A stretch of 64,000 nucleotides of DNA, from contig JAHRHZ010000085.1 of assembly GCA_024137785.1 (NCBI GenBank), positions 1,709,651 to 1,773,650 on the forward strand, given 5' to 3'. Shown here in pieces: positions 1 through 13,309 of this stretch. The position numbers were made by a program, and so were the translations under genes. The stretch comes from Ginglymostoma cirratum. Its lineage: Eukaryota. The notes under the pieces are model-generated. The model searched no databases and was not told the DNA's origin. It worked only from the letters and a program-made list of their open reading frames with translations. Within the stretch, counting starts at the first letter, position 1. Each line of letters opens with the position of its first letter.

Positions 1-1350
1 TGATGATGAGTTTATGGTATCCTTTGATGTCACAGCACTATTCACATCCATTGAAATACCACTAGCCAAAGAAACACTGGCCACACCACTGGATGCAGCA
101 GGAACGCCAACTGCAAACAACTACATCAGAAAGAACAACATACTCAGACTACTAGACTTATGCCTGACCACATACTTCATCTTTAACGGCCAAATATACA
201 AACAAATCAATGTCACAACTGTGGAGTCATCCATCTCAGGACTTATTGCAGAGGCAGTCATGCAAAGCCTGGAACGCATTAACCTCCCCCTCATACAGCT
301 GAAACTGTGGATCCGATACATAGACAACTCGTTTGTCATCATTAAATGCATGAAGTTAGAAGAGACACGCCATCTCATCAGCAATGTTTTCACCCAGATC
401 AAATTTATTAGAGAAGAGGAAAACAACAATCAATTCCTGTTCCTGGAGGTCAGGGTGGAACGAATCACAAATGGAGTTCCAAACCACAGTACATAGGAAG
501 GCAACCCACCATGACTAAATCCTCAATTTCCACAGCAATCATCCAATGTCCACAAACAAAGCTGTGTAAGACACTATTCAAATGGGCCTCAACTTACTAC
601 AACACATCAGAACCATGCAAGAGGAGGAAGAGCACCTATACAATGTCTTCGCTAACAACAGAAACCCCAACATCTTCATCCGCAGATGCCTACAAGATAG
701 ACAATGCCACAAGGACACAGTGCACCCCAATAAATTGGCCACACTACCCTATACCAAGAACATATCAGAACAGACAATGATACTCCTACGACCACTAGGA
801 ATCAAGGTAGCACACAAACGCACAGCCACACTACAACAAACACTCACAAGGACCAAAGACCCGAGGATCATGACATACATCACCAATGTAGTTTACAAAA
901 TACCTTGCAATGACTACAACAAACATTACACCAGTCAGACTGGAAGGAAACTAGCCATCAGGATACATGAACACCAGCTAGCAGAAAAACAACACGACAA
1001 ACTTTCCTCCATCCCAGTGCACTCAGACAATGAAGGTTATCAATTTAACTGGGACAACGTGACCATCTTAGCTCAAGCCAAACACAGACATGCACAGGAA
1101 ATCCTAGAGGCCTGGTTTTCAACCCATAATGCAATCAACAAACATGTGGAATTAGAGCCCACATACAAGCCCATGCAGAACAGAACTGGAAATGACACAA
1201 CCCAACTTAAAAGACTGGATCATATAAATACCAAGCGGAATAGATCAACATTGTTTCATCAAAGGCCGCACTGATGATGTTATCAGGCATTGTGACATCT
1301 GTATGATAACCAGCCAACAACCTCATCCACAACTCAAGCTACACATCTTC
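1..1350 (+). mobile_element. Penelope-like retroelement (Poseidon type), 3' part: RT C-terminus + GIY-YIG endonuclease + 3' repeat, frameshifted
   Basis: ORF 14-496 has PLE RT motifs (VSFDVTALFTSI, RYIDNSF for YVDD). ORF 582-1274 has the GIY-YIG region (NVVYKIPCNDYNKHYTSQTGRKLAIRIHEHQ). A decayed CTGATGA hammerhead remnant follows the stop at about 1271. Confidence 0.9.
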
Positions 1351-1499
1351 ACAAGAACCTTAAATTCCCTGTCACTTCTCTGCTCCAGTCTCTACCCAAA
1401 ACATGCCATATCATCTTGCATCCTCCCCACTATCTGTAGCTCCCCAAATCTTTGTATCATCCACAAAATTACTGATCAGAACACATATATTCTCCTCCT

Positions 1500-3924
1500 T
1501 ACACTGATTAACATCTTACCAGCTTACAGAAACCATGTGAATTCACCTTTTATATCAGCCTTCCATGAGAAATTTGACAATGGTCTTGCTAAAGCCTATA
1601 CAGACAATATCTACCATGTTGCCCTCAGCAATTGTATTTGTCACTTCCTCAAACAACTCAATCAAATTTGTGAGATACAGTCTCCCCCACTGAAAGCAAT
1701 ACTGTCTATCACTAGTAAGTCCATATTTTTCCAACAGTAAATCCAGTCCTTAAGAATCTTCTCTAATGATTTCTATACCACTGACATAAGCCTCATGAGC
1801 ACTAAATTTCGTAGATTATCCTTGGTGCACTTTGTAAACAAAGAAACAACGTTAACTACTCTCCAGTCCTATAGACCTCTCCTGTGACTAAATAAGATAT
1901 GAAGATTTCATATAAAGAGCCAACAATTTCCTTCCTCACTTCCCTCAGTGTTCTTGGATTGATCACGGATGATTTCCAAATAAGTGAATATACATATCTG
2001 CCCTGGACTTTCAATAACATAAATGCAACTGATAACCCATAATCATGACTTTGAGGGTTTTAATCGATGAGTAGTTTCACTGGTCCAGCCACATAAGGGA
2101 CAAAGTCTAGTAATACTGTGATGGGCAACACATGTCCTGACTTTGCACCACAGAGAAATCAAGAAGCCAGATGTATGATGAAAAATACACACTTCTCTGA
2201 AAGATAAAAACAGAAAATACTGAAAACATTCTTCCAGTCAGACATCATCTGTACAGAGAAACAGTGAATATTTCATGTAATGATCCTTTATCAGGTTAGC
2301 CTTAACTAATCAGAAGAAAGAACCTTCAATTTCACATTTCAACAACACTTGCAGTTAACTGTTAGTGTCATGAACTCATGTATTTTCTGTGCAATGCCCC
2401 CATCAATCCAACACTTGAATGTTGTCAAAAGAGCAGTCCCCTCTCATGCAGTATAAATTGCCTTTTTGCTTTGCATTTCAAGTTCTTGCGAATTGCCTTG
2501 ATATGTGCAAAATGAAAAGCAACCAGAAAATGAGTCTTTTTTCAGCAATGTTTAAGTCTAGTATTGCCAAATGATTATTTTTGTGTGAACAATTTACTTC
2601 CATTTGCCTGGATGAGTGAAGCTTCAACTCCACTCAAAATTCTTCATACCATCCAGGACAAACCAATTGTCTTGATCCGTTACCACCCCATCGGACATCT
2701 ACTTCTTTCAGCCATGCAACAACTCACAAAGGTTTCTTTGACAACCCCTTCGCAAATTATTTCCAAATTTGATAAGGAATTCATTTAAACTTTATTCTCT
2801 TTACCCAATGATAAAATGTTCGAAGTGACTAAATTTTATTCAATATAAATAAGAATTATGGCATGCTAATTTCTGAATGGCACAATGAAGTGCAACAATT
2901 CTTTCTTTTATACTTTGGGTGTACACGTGATTTCCACAGATCATTCATGTTCTTTCTAATTAATGCTGCACCTACAAATGTGTCCCATGTCTCAGCCCCA
3001 TTTCTTTGTGATGGTCAGTCTGTAGAATCATCTATAATCTCTGGCTGGCTCTTCCTCTCTCCCTTTCCAGGGGTTTCCTTATTATATTTCCTTTCACAGG
3101 AAAGTTCATGGAGACTGATTTAACTCAGCAGCAAATTACTGCAAATGTTGGAAAATCTGAGCCAAAAACAGAAGGTGCTGAAGAAACTCGGGAGCTTTGT
3201 AGTGAAACAGAGTTAATATTTTGAATTTCTTCAGTACTAAAGAGAGAGATGGAAGATGGGCTTTATATAGGGGAAAAAGTGGGGAGAAGCAAGCGAGACA
3301 GAAAAGAAGTCCAAAGGAAAGTTGCAGAATGAGGGAAAGTAGGGCTCCTGGTTGTCAAAGAACAAAGGGGGATGTGATGGTTGTAGGGATGAGAGATAAA
3401 TCCTGGCTAGGTGTTAATGAAGGAATCCCTACAGTGTGAAAACAGGCCTTTCAGCCCAACAAGTCCAGACTGAACCTCAGAGCATCCCACCCAGACCCAT
3501 CCCCCTAATCTACACCTCTGTGAACACTACAGGCAAGTTAGCATGGGCAATCCACCTAACCTGCACATCTTTGGTCTGTGGGAGGAAACCTGGAGCACCC
3601 ACAGGAAACCCATGCAGATGCAGGGAGAAGGTGCAAACTCCACACAGACAGTCACCCGGGGCTGGAATCAAACCTGGGTCCCTGGTGCTGTGAGGCAGCA
3701 GTACTAACCACTGTGCCACCGTGCCACCCAAAGGAAGAACCAAGAATACAAGATACTGAGGTAGGGTGGGTGGCAGGTAATCAAAATAGAGCAAAGGTTC
3801 ACGTTTTGAAGCTTTTGAACTCAATGTTGAATCCCGAAGGTTGTAAACGTATATGAGCAGCTGTTCTTCCAGCCTGTTTTGGGCTTCACTCGGAGACTGC
3901 AGCTGGCCTAGGACAGAAATGTGA
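1500..3924 (+). repeat. Copy A of an inverted segmental duplication (partner 23201-25560, minus)
   Basis: Colinear homology through non-repeat sequence, e.g. 3086 atttcctttcacaggaaagttcatggagactga vs revcomp of 23688-23718 atttcctttcacaggaaagtttatggagactga. Shared CR1/unique-sequence junctions. Confidence 0.85.
3423..3729 (-). mobile_element. HE1-type tRNA-derived V-SINE
   Basis: Revcomp begins GGTGGCACGGTGGCACAGTGGTTAGTACTGCTGCCTCACAGCACCAGGGACCCAGG (A/B boxes), followed by the V-domain TGTGTGGAGTTTGCAC and a CR1-like tail. Absent from duplication copy B. Confidence 0.9.
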
Positions 3925-4071
3925 GCATGAGAACAGAATACTGATTTGAATTAACAAGTTAACTGTTGTAATTGAGGGCTGAATGGGCATATTCCACATA
4001 GCAGTCTTCAAGCCTGCTATGTTTCTGAATTCACATTGTCAGCAATGAATACAGTAAACGAGATGGAAACA

Positions 4072-4223
4072 AAAACAGTAGTTGCTGGAAAAGCTCAACT
4101 GGCCTAGCAGCATCTATGAAGAAAAGTCTGATTTTTCTTCAAAGATGCTGCCAGACCTGCTGAGATTTTGCAACAGCTTCTGTTTTTGTTCCTGGTTTAC
4201 ACCACCTGCAGTTCTTTCAGTTC
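4072..4223. mobile_element. Short hairpin insertion built from inverted Penelope terminal repeats
   Basis: Arms gttgctggaaaagctca...cagcatct / agatgctg...tgagattttgcaac. Flanked by a 17-bp imperfect TSD: taaacgagatggaaaca (4055-4071) / taaacaagattgaaaca (4224-4240). Confidence 0.75.
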
Positions 4224-4439
4224 TAAACAAGATTGAAACATGTACAAGGAAATTGACTTCGTCACCTGATAGGATTTTAGACAGTGAGGCCAGAAGAAGT
4301 GAAAGGTCATGTGTTATACCTCTTGTAATTGTACGGAAATTAACTAGGAAGGGGCCGAGGTGTGAAATGCTTAGATCCTCTAGTTGGAGATATACATTGA
4401 CTAATACTGATGTCACATTGATGTTACTTGTCAGTTATC

Positions 4440-5380
4440 AATCCAAGTCTGGAATTTATCCATGAATTATATGAATGTGGACTGCTTCAATGTCTAGGAA
4501 GTTACTAAATGACGTTGAACACAGAACAATTATCAACAGAGATCCCTATTTCAAAACTTATGGTAGTGGGAATGTTGTTGATGAAGCTGATTGGTTCTAG
4601 GTCACTACCCTGAGAAACTCCTGCAGAGATGACCTGGAGCTGAGATGACTGACCGCCAACAACCACAACCTACTTGATTTGTGCTGGCTATAACTTGAAG
4701 CAGTGTAGAACGCTACCCATGATTATTAGTTTAGCCATAAATGCTTGATCGTGCCCTCGTCAAATGATACAATTTTGTTAAGGACATTCGCTCCCACCTT
4801 ATCTCAGGAGTTTTTGGACCAAGGCTGTTGGGTGGGCAGAAGCTGAGTGGCCCCTGTGGAACCAAAGACAAAACATCAGAGAACAGGTTATTACTGAATA
4901 ATTGTTCATTCATAGCGCTGTTGATGCTGCCTTCCATCACTTTGGTGATTATCAATCAAATGTCTGATCGAGCAATAATTCCATGATTGAATTCATTCTG
5001 CTTTTTGTGGACAGGACAAAAACTTGGAAATTTTCCACATTTGCTGATAAGTGCCAGTTTTGTACCTGTACTGGGATAGCTTCTCTGGATATATTACTTG
5101 TTTTGAAACCAAATTTTCAGTATTATCACTGGATTCTTATCACTGCCCATAGACTTTGCAGCATCCAGTGCAATTAGCTGTTCTTTGGTATCATGTGGAG
5201 TATCTCATATTGAACGAAGACTCACAATCAACACATTTGGCTGATGATGGATGGAAATCTTCAATGTTATCTTTTGCACTGATGGTCTGGGCTTTCCATT
5301 TTTGAGGATGGGGATTTTTGTGGAGCCTCCTCCTCCAGTGAGTTGTTTAATTGTCCACTACCATTCACAACTGGAGAACT
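4440..5380 (-). mobile_element. Decayed APE-RT non-LTR LINE fragment (CR1/L2 superclade)
   Basis: Minus ORF 4731-4955 (IITKVMEGSINSAMNEQLFSNNL) is homologous to the plus-strand LINE RT at 14727. Confidence 0.75.
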
Positions 5381-6059
5381 TTTGATGACTTTTGGTGTGC
5401 CAGTTTTGGAAACATGTCTTTAGAGAAAGATAGCAGGTGTCCAGGAATTAAATTCTGAAGAGGCATTTTGCAAACTGGGATGCATTCTCCAGCATTTAGA
5501 AGGTTTGTAAATTCATTGTTTCATACAGCTCAGAAAAGACCCTTCAGCCCATTGAGTCTGCACCGATATAACTACCACTAAAAGTAAGGTCATCCCAATT
5601 GCCCACACTTGAATGTTATGATATTTGAAGTATTCCAAACATTTATTCAAGGTTTCCAGGCAGTGCATTCCAGATTCCCACCACCCATTGAGTGAATACG
5701 ATTTTTGCCAAATCCCCTCTGAAACTTCAGCCCCTTACCAGAAGAGTATGGCCTCTTGTAACTGACCCTTCAACCAAGATGACCAGTTGCTGTCTATTCA
5801 CCCTGTCCATATCCCTCATAATCGTTTGCACCTCAATCATGTCCCTGCTCAGTTTGCTCTATAGAAACAATCCGCCCTTTCTAGTCTCCAGTTTAGATAG
5901 GAATCAAACAAATATCTCAAGCTGATATGGTAGAACAGGAAGAGTTGGCTTATGTCTTAACCTGGAGAGTCACAAGTTAAACAAACAAAAACAGAGCCTG
6001 TCTGTAATAAAGTGAAATTGGGAAACTTGCAAAGTGGTGTGAAAGTTTCAAACTCTTTT

Positions 6060-6530
6060 ACCAGATTTATCAGGATGTTGCCTGGTCTGGAGCGAAGGTC
6101 TTATGAGGAAAGGCTGAGGGACTTGGGTCTGTTCTCATTGGAGAGAAGAAGGCTAAGAGGGGATTTAATAGAGACATACATGATGATCAAAGGATTAGAT
6201 AGGGTGGACAGTGAGAGTCTTTTTCATAGGATTATGACATCGACTTGTACGAGGGGGCATAGCTGCAAATTGAGGGGTGATAGATTTAAGACAGATGTCA
6301 GAGGCAGGTTCTTTACTCAGAGAGTGGTAAGGGCGTGGAATGCCCTGCCTGCCAATGTAGTTAACTCAGCCACATTAGGGACATTTAAACAGTCCTTGGA
6401 TAAGCATATGGATGATGATGGGATAGTGTAGGGGGATGGGCTTAGATTAGTTCACAGGTCGGTGCAACATCGAGGGCCGAAGGGCCTGTTCTGCGGTGTA
6501 TTGTTCTATGTTCTATGTTCTATGTTCTAT
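6060..6530 (+). mobile_element. CR1 (HER1-like) LINE, 5'-truncated 3' end
   Basis: ORF 6012-6431 has the CR1 C-terminus (SYEERLRDLGLFSLERRRLRGDLIETY...FFTQRVVRAWNALP). Ends in a (TTCTATG)n tail. Confidence 0.92.
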
Positions 6531-7399
6531 TCTGCAAACAGTAATCACTGGTAACTATCTTTATTTTCATTTTCACATTGATGTACTATTATCCAAAATT
6601 ATTTAGTCATATGAGACATTGTTCATAAACGGACATGGTCAGAGGTCAGCCACGATCTCATTGAATTGTTGAAGATGACTAATATCATATTGAATTGTGA
6701 GAAATTGGAATGTCAGGGGTAAATAGGAAGAAATGTAAAAACAGATATTAAAAGTTGGCTGCATTGGCCTGCTGTGTACATCCAGCTCTATACCTTGTTA
6801 TCTCAGATTCTCCAGCATCGGCAGTTCCTGCTATCTCTATTAAAAGTATCTACAGGTTTATACAAGTGAAAATGGCAGCTAAAGAGAACATTAGTCCTCA
6901 GATGATGAGACTGTGAAATTAATAATATCTCCACAATGGAGGGTATAAACAGTATCCCAAGAATAGTAGAAAAGAAGGGTGTAAAATGGAGGTGAAACTC
7001 AAATTGATCGTAATCAATTAAGCAAACAAACTCTCATCAAATTAAATACTGACATTTCCCCTAGACTTGATGGGCTGCATAGCACAGTCTGAAATGAAAT
7101 GGCTTCAGAGACATCTGATGCATTTCTTGCAATAATTAAGAATATCTAGATGTTTGAAAAGTCTGAAAGAATTGGAAAACTACAAACCTAACAATTCTAC
7201 TCAAGACAGGCGGGAGACATAAAGTAGGGATGAACAGGCTAGTTAGTCTAACATCAGAAAATACTTGAATCTATTGTTCAAGATGCAGTAACAGGACATT
7301 AATAAAAGTCATAATACAATCTGTTTTTAAAATAGCAGGATATACTAGGAGGTACCAGTAAATGTAGAATATCTAGATTTCAAAAAAGACACTCTTTTT

Positions 7400-7890
7400 T
7401 TAATTCAGTTGTAGGATATGGACATCTCTGGCCAGCCAGCATTTATTGCCTGTCCCTAGCTGCCCTAAAGAGATAGTGGTGAGGAGTCTTCTTGAAACAT
7501 TGCCATCCACATGCAATGGGTAGATGCATAACGCTCTTATGGAGGGAATTCCAGAATTTTTACCCAGCAACAGCAAAGGAACAGTGATATATCTCCAAGT
7601 CAGGACGCTGATTGGCTTAGTGGGGAGCCTGCAGATTGTGGAGTTCCCATGTATCTGCCATTCTTGTGCTTCAAGATGGAAGTGGTTGTGGGATTCTGTC
7701 TCATGTTAGTTGGTGAATTTCTGTAGTGCACGTTGTTGATAGTACATGCTGCAGCAGCTGAGCATTTGTGGTGGAGGGAATTGATGCCAGTCATGCTTCT
7801 TGTTTTGTCCTGGATGGTTTCAAGGTCCTTGTGTGTTGTTGGAGCTGCACTCATCCAGGTGAGTGGGTAGTATTCCATTACACTCCTTAC
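7400..7890 (-). mobile_element. 3' end of the APE-RT LINE family also seen at 13310-16015 and 40283-41218
   Basis: Minus ORF MEYYPLTWMSAAPTTHKDLETIQDK. Family tail GGCAATAAATGCTGGC on the minus strand at about 7435-7450. Confidence 0.75.
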
Positions 7891-7894
7891 AGAT

Positions 7895-10800
7895 TCATAG
7901 AATCATACCGTGCAGAAAAGGCCCTTCGGCCCATTGAGTCTGCACCGACATACTTACCACCAAAGGTACACTAATCCCAATTTCCTGCACTTGTCCCATA
8001 TCCTTGATTGTTAAGATATTTGAGGTACTCACCCAAATATCTCTTAACGATTTCCAGCCTCCACTGTATTCTTGGGTAGTGCCTTCCAGATTTCCACCAC
8101 ACACTGAGTGAAAAAGTTATTTTTCCCAAATTCCCTCTGAATCTCCCACCTCTTATCCTAAAACAGTGCCCTGTCATGACTGGCACCTCAATCAAGCTGA
8201 ACAGCTTCTCTATATTCATCCTCTCCATATACAACTCAATCATGTTTCCACTCAGGTATCTGTGCTCTAAAGAAAACAATCCAAGTCTCTCCTTATAGCT
8301 CAATTTCACCATCTCAGGCAACATCCTGGTGAAACCCCTTTGTATCACCTCTAGTGTTATCACATACTTCCTATAGTGAGGTGACCAGAACTGCGCACAG
8401 TACTCCAGTTGCGGGCTGACCAACATTCTGCGCAACTCCAACATTGCCTCCTTTCTCTTATACTATATGCCACAACTGGTGAAAGGAAGCATCCCATATG
8501 CCTTCTTAACAGTCCTATTCATGTGCTCTGCTGACTGCAAGGATCTGTGAACAATTACTCCAAAATCCCTCCCTTCCTCTAAGCTACCAAGTGTCCTGCC
8601 TATCATTAAACACTAACTCATCTTGTTTCTTATTCCAAACCTTGCACTTATCAGGGTTAATACCATCTGCTACTGGTCTGCCCATCTGACCAAGCCATCT
8701 GTATCTTCCTGTAATCCACAACAACATTTTTCAGTATTAACCATTCTACTAATTTTGGTGTCATCTTCATAGCTGCTTCACATTCCTCCTACATTTTCAT
8801 CTGTATCATTTACGTATATAACAAACAATAAGTTGATCAGTATTAATCCTTTTGGTACACCACTGACACCAGTGTGTGGTCACTCAAACAGCCTTTGACT
8901 GCTACCCTTTGTGTGCCATAACTAAGCCATTTCTGATTCATCTCACCAAGTTTCCTTCGATTCCATGTGCTTTAACCTTGTCAACAGTGTCCCATGTGGA
9001 ACTTTTGTCAAAGGCTTTGCTAAAATCCATATAATTTACATTATCAGAATGTTCCCTATCTACGAACTTGATCACATTTTCAAAAAAATACTGTCACAAA
9101 TTTATTCGGTATGTCCTCCCACTGACAAAATCATGCTACCGCTCCCTAATTAACCCATGCCTTTCCAAGTGGGAATTAATTCACTCCTTCAGAATTTTCT
9201 CCAATAGTTTCCTTACCCTGACGTGAGACTCACCAGTCTGTAATTTCCTGGTTCATCTCCAGCAACCCTCTTAAAAGGTTGAATCCCATTATCGGTCCGC
9301 GAGTACTCTGGCACTTCCCCTGTGGCCAGAGAGGAATTAAAAATGTGTGTCAGAGCCCCTAAAATTTCCTACCTCATCTCCCACAATTGTCTGGGATGTA
9401 TTTCATCCAAGCCACAGGATTTTGTCGGTTTTTAAGAATGACCGAGCCTCCAATACCTCTCCATTTCCTCTTTCAAACTGTGCAAGTTCCTCATAGTTCC
9501 TTTTCCTGAATTCCATACTTACATTCTGCTTTTCGAGAGTGAATTTGCAGAGAAGTAGTCATTCAACACCCTTCCAATATCCAGCAGTTTCACACACAGG
9601 TTGCCCTGTTGGTCCCTCATGGGTCCTACTCTTTCTCAGGTTAACCTCTTCCCTTTAAAGTATTTATAAAATATCTTAGGATTCTCCCAAATCCTGTTCA
9701 CAGGTCTTTTTTTGTTTCAAATTGTTTTTGCACTTCTAATTGCTTTCTTAAGTTCCCTCCTGCACTTTCTGTATTCCTCTAGAGCCACAGCTGAATTGCT
9801 CCCTTTGAACTTGCTGAAAGTCCTACTCTTCCTCTTTTTCTAGTCATGAATTGTCCTAGACATCCAGGGTTTTCTGAACATATTGCTCCTACTTGTCCCT
9901 CTAAAGGAAACGTGTTGGACCTGTACTCTCCCTAGTTACTTTATGAATGCCTTCAATTGTTCTGCTGCAGACATACACACAAGGAACTTTTTCCAGTCTA
10001 CTGTGGTCAGATCCTGCTTTATATTAAGAAAATCTGCCTTCTCCAAATCAAAAATGTCCTCTGCAGGCTATACTTTTTCTTGTCCAGAACAAATTTGAAC
10101 TGTACCGTGCTGTGGTTGCTTTCACCGAAATCATCCCCCACTGCCACATTGAACACTTGTTTCCCCAGTATCAGATCCTGCACCACACCATGCTTGTTGG
10201 GCCTTCTATATATTGATACAAAATATCTCCCCTGGATTCTTTTCAAGAAATCCATTCTCTCTAAACTTTTTACACAATGACTATGCCAATTTATTATGTG
10301 AATTTTGAAATTCCCTGGTATAATTATCAAATTATTACACTTACACACCTCTGTGAACTGTCTACATATTTGATCCTTTATTTCCCACTGACTATTTGGG
10401 GGCCTGTTATACACTTCCAGTAAAATAGCTGCCTCTTTAACATCCCTAAAGTCAGCCCACAAAATCTTGTATGAAGACCCTTCTAAGATATCATCTCTCA
10501 TTGCAGTAATCGACTTCTTATTAATACCACAACACCACCACCCTTTTTACATTCTCTTCTGTCTTGTCTCATGATCCAATACATCAGACTGTTCAGCTGC
10601 CAGCCCAACTCTTCCCTCAACCATATTTCTGTGATGGCAGCAATATCATACCTCCATGTGTCAATCCACACTGTTAGCTCAGCAGTCTTACCTATTACAC
10701 TCTTAACATTAAAGACAATCCAGCCTTGCCTTTCTCTCTTGACAGTCAACATAACTGAACTTTCTGTGACTTACTTTCTTTGCTGTAACATGATGTGTCT

Positions 10801-11740
10801 CTGTTTCATCAATATTCTGTGTGTCCTCTCCCTGCCAGATGAGTTTAAACTTATTCCAACAGCACTTGCAAACCTACTTGCAAGGATGTTGGAACAGTTC
10901 GTACATATCGAACTTTCCCCAAAAATGGTCTCAGTCATCCAGGAATCTAAAAGCCTCCCTCTTGCACCAGTTCTTCAGCCATGCATTATCTGATCTTTTT
11001 CTAAACTCCCTAGCACATGATCACAGCTGTAATTCAGAGATTACAATAATCTTTACTGATTTGCTCCTGGAATTCCCAATGCAAGATCTCATTCCGCACT
11101 TTGCTCATATCATTGGTACCAACCTGTGCAAAGACTTCTAACTCATCACCCTCCACTTTCAGGATAGTCTGCAGCCATTCAGTGACATCCCTGACCCTGG
11201 CTCTAAGGAGGTAAAACACCATCTGGTGTCACGTCTTCAGCTGCAGAATCACCTGTCTGCTCACCTGACTAAAGATTCCTCTTCCTATTGCTCTTCCTAT
11301 CTTCATCCTCCCGCTCTGTACAGTCAAGCTGCTTGTGTTGCCAGAAGTATATCTCTGAATGCATTCCTCCGAGATACCAGCAACCATATCAGCTTCCAAA
11401 ACGGAATGCCAGTTAGTGACTGGGTCCCAAGGGACTCTTGCACTACCTGCCTGTTCTTTCTGCACTATCTGATGGTCACCTAATCACTTCTTCCCTCTAG
11501 GCCCTTGAACTGCAATGTAACTACATCTGTAAACATGCCATCCACGAAACTCTCAGCTTCACACATGCACTGCAATGTCGTCAACCATTTATCAAGCTTC
11601 AAGATCTAAAGCTCCAGCTTCTGCAGCACAGAACATTTACTGCACATGCGGTCATCTAGGATACTGGCAATGTCCAGGACTCCTGACGTATGACAAGCTG
11701 CACATTCCACTTGGCTGGCCTCTCCTGACATCTCTTATTT
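7895..11740 (-). mobile_element. Near full-length decayed CR1 LINE (ORF1 SGNH-esterase type; ORF2 endonuclease + RT)
   Basis: Minus ORF fragments in CR1 order: ORF1 esterase (ARVRDVTEWLQTIL...VGTNDM, 11034-11222), endonuclease (RYDIAAITEIWL, KKGGGVVVLI, VYNRPPNS, 10019-10752) and RT C-terminus (LEYCAQFWSPHYRK, 7971-8444). Confidence 0.85.
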
Positions 11741-12235
11741 TGTTAGACTTTGTACTCTACCGCAAAGGCTATGAAAAGGTCTCCTTCACAATCTAAATAA
11801 GGGTGTCATATTGATAGATTTCATATCGTCTGGGACTTTCCATGAATCTAAGCATTTTTGGAAGATTATTGCCAATATATACATTATCTTTGCAGTTACT
11901 TCTCCTGGTATCCCAGGATACAGTATTCAGTTCTACACTAGGCATTGGTTAAAGGACTTTTTGAGGTTTGTGCTAGGGATATACTGCTTATACTAGGGAT
12001 GAAGAATTTTAGTTAAGTGGTGGGAGTCCAGAAATAGGGCCTGTTCTTCACAGAGTCAGTCAAAAGGAATCGTACAGAAGTACCAAAGACCATGATATAA
12101 TCAATGAAAAGAAAATGTTCATACACACATAATTCTAGTAGCCAGAAAACCTGAGTGGAAAGTAATTGAAAGGTGAAGGTGATGCTCAGCTCAGATTTAT
12201 GGGATGGAATTGGATTCTATTGTTTGCTATTACAT

Positions 12236-13128
12236 TTACAGTAGCGTGAATCTGAGAATTAGAGTAAAAGGGAGCTTCAAAACTGTTTTCAACTGCTCAC
12301 GGAATTGGCTCTGAGTCACAGTGTATATACAAGTGTTTGTGCAAGTACTGAGGAGCTGAAGTAGGTATCCAATGGTACCTGCAGTTGCAGAAAGTGGAGA
12401 GTAATCATGCATTAAAGCAATTCGTCGATATAGGAAGCATGCCACATAAGGGGTCCATAGAATAATGAAGCTGCCTGAAATAGCAAAGAGTAAAATGATG
12501 GATTTTCTGCGTTTGTCCATCTCTGGATCATTGGGCCTCTCCACGTCACTGTCCTTCTGGAGTCGCCTGCGGGCTTTGCTTGCGACTAAAATATGTCTGA
12601 CAGTCAGTGTGTTCAAAAGAAGAATTATAACAAATGGCAGTAAAGGGGATAGAAGGCGATGGAATATATAATATATTGTCCAGAAGACTGATGTGTAATA
12701 CTCTGGTTTTGTGATGCAAAACCATGACATGTTGTTGAAAATGTATTTGGCTTTGAATTTGAAAAACCAGGGAATGCTTTCCAAACAGCTCATCACGCTC
12801 ACTGTTCCAATAATCATGGATGCAGTTTTCTCAGTGCAGTATCTGGTTTTAAGTTTCTGGCAGCAAATAGCCACAAATCGATCAAAGGTGAAGGCAACAG
12901 TCAACCACACCGAACTCATTGTGGTTGCAGGAATGATGACTGTAACCAAACTGCATACATAAGTAATATCCAGGAAAGACACTGGAAAATACACAATAAG
13001 CCACCTCAGCATTACATCAGATATGACAACGAGGAAGTCAGCTGCCGCCATTGCTATCAGGTAGTGTGTAATACATCTTGAGAGACTGCAGCTCATCCGA
13101 GAAAGGATCATAATCGCCAACAAGTTAA
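12236..13128 (-). CDS. Orphan class A GPCR (GPR139/GPR142-like family), paralogue 1, coding exon 2 (TM1 end to C-terminus)
   Basis: 7TM pattern: AAADFLV (TM2), AFTFDRFVAIC (DRY variant), SPLLPF (TM5), FIILWTP (TM6), STCTNTCIY (NPxxY variant). Acceptor ttgcag|TTAAC, phase 1. Spliced with exon 1 it gives 978 nt = 325 aa + stop. Confidence 0.93.
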
Positions 13129-13309
13129 CTGCAATAAATACATAAAACCAGGTGGATAGTGTTAAAACATGAGTATGACAATATCTTCTTTTGAATTTGC
13201 TGCATCAAATATTAAATGATTATGTCTGATTTGATAGGGTTAAAAATTGTAAAGCTCTTCTTTTTCTACACAATAGTAATCAACTGAAGTAACACCAGTC
13301 ATAAAAACA

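Noticed and set aside
3436-3856. Overlapping ORFs across SINEs (also 25589-26005, 61333-61593, 62939-63358)
   Set aside because: Chance reading frames of HE1 V-SINE sequence, not genes.
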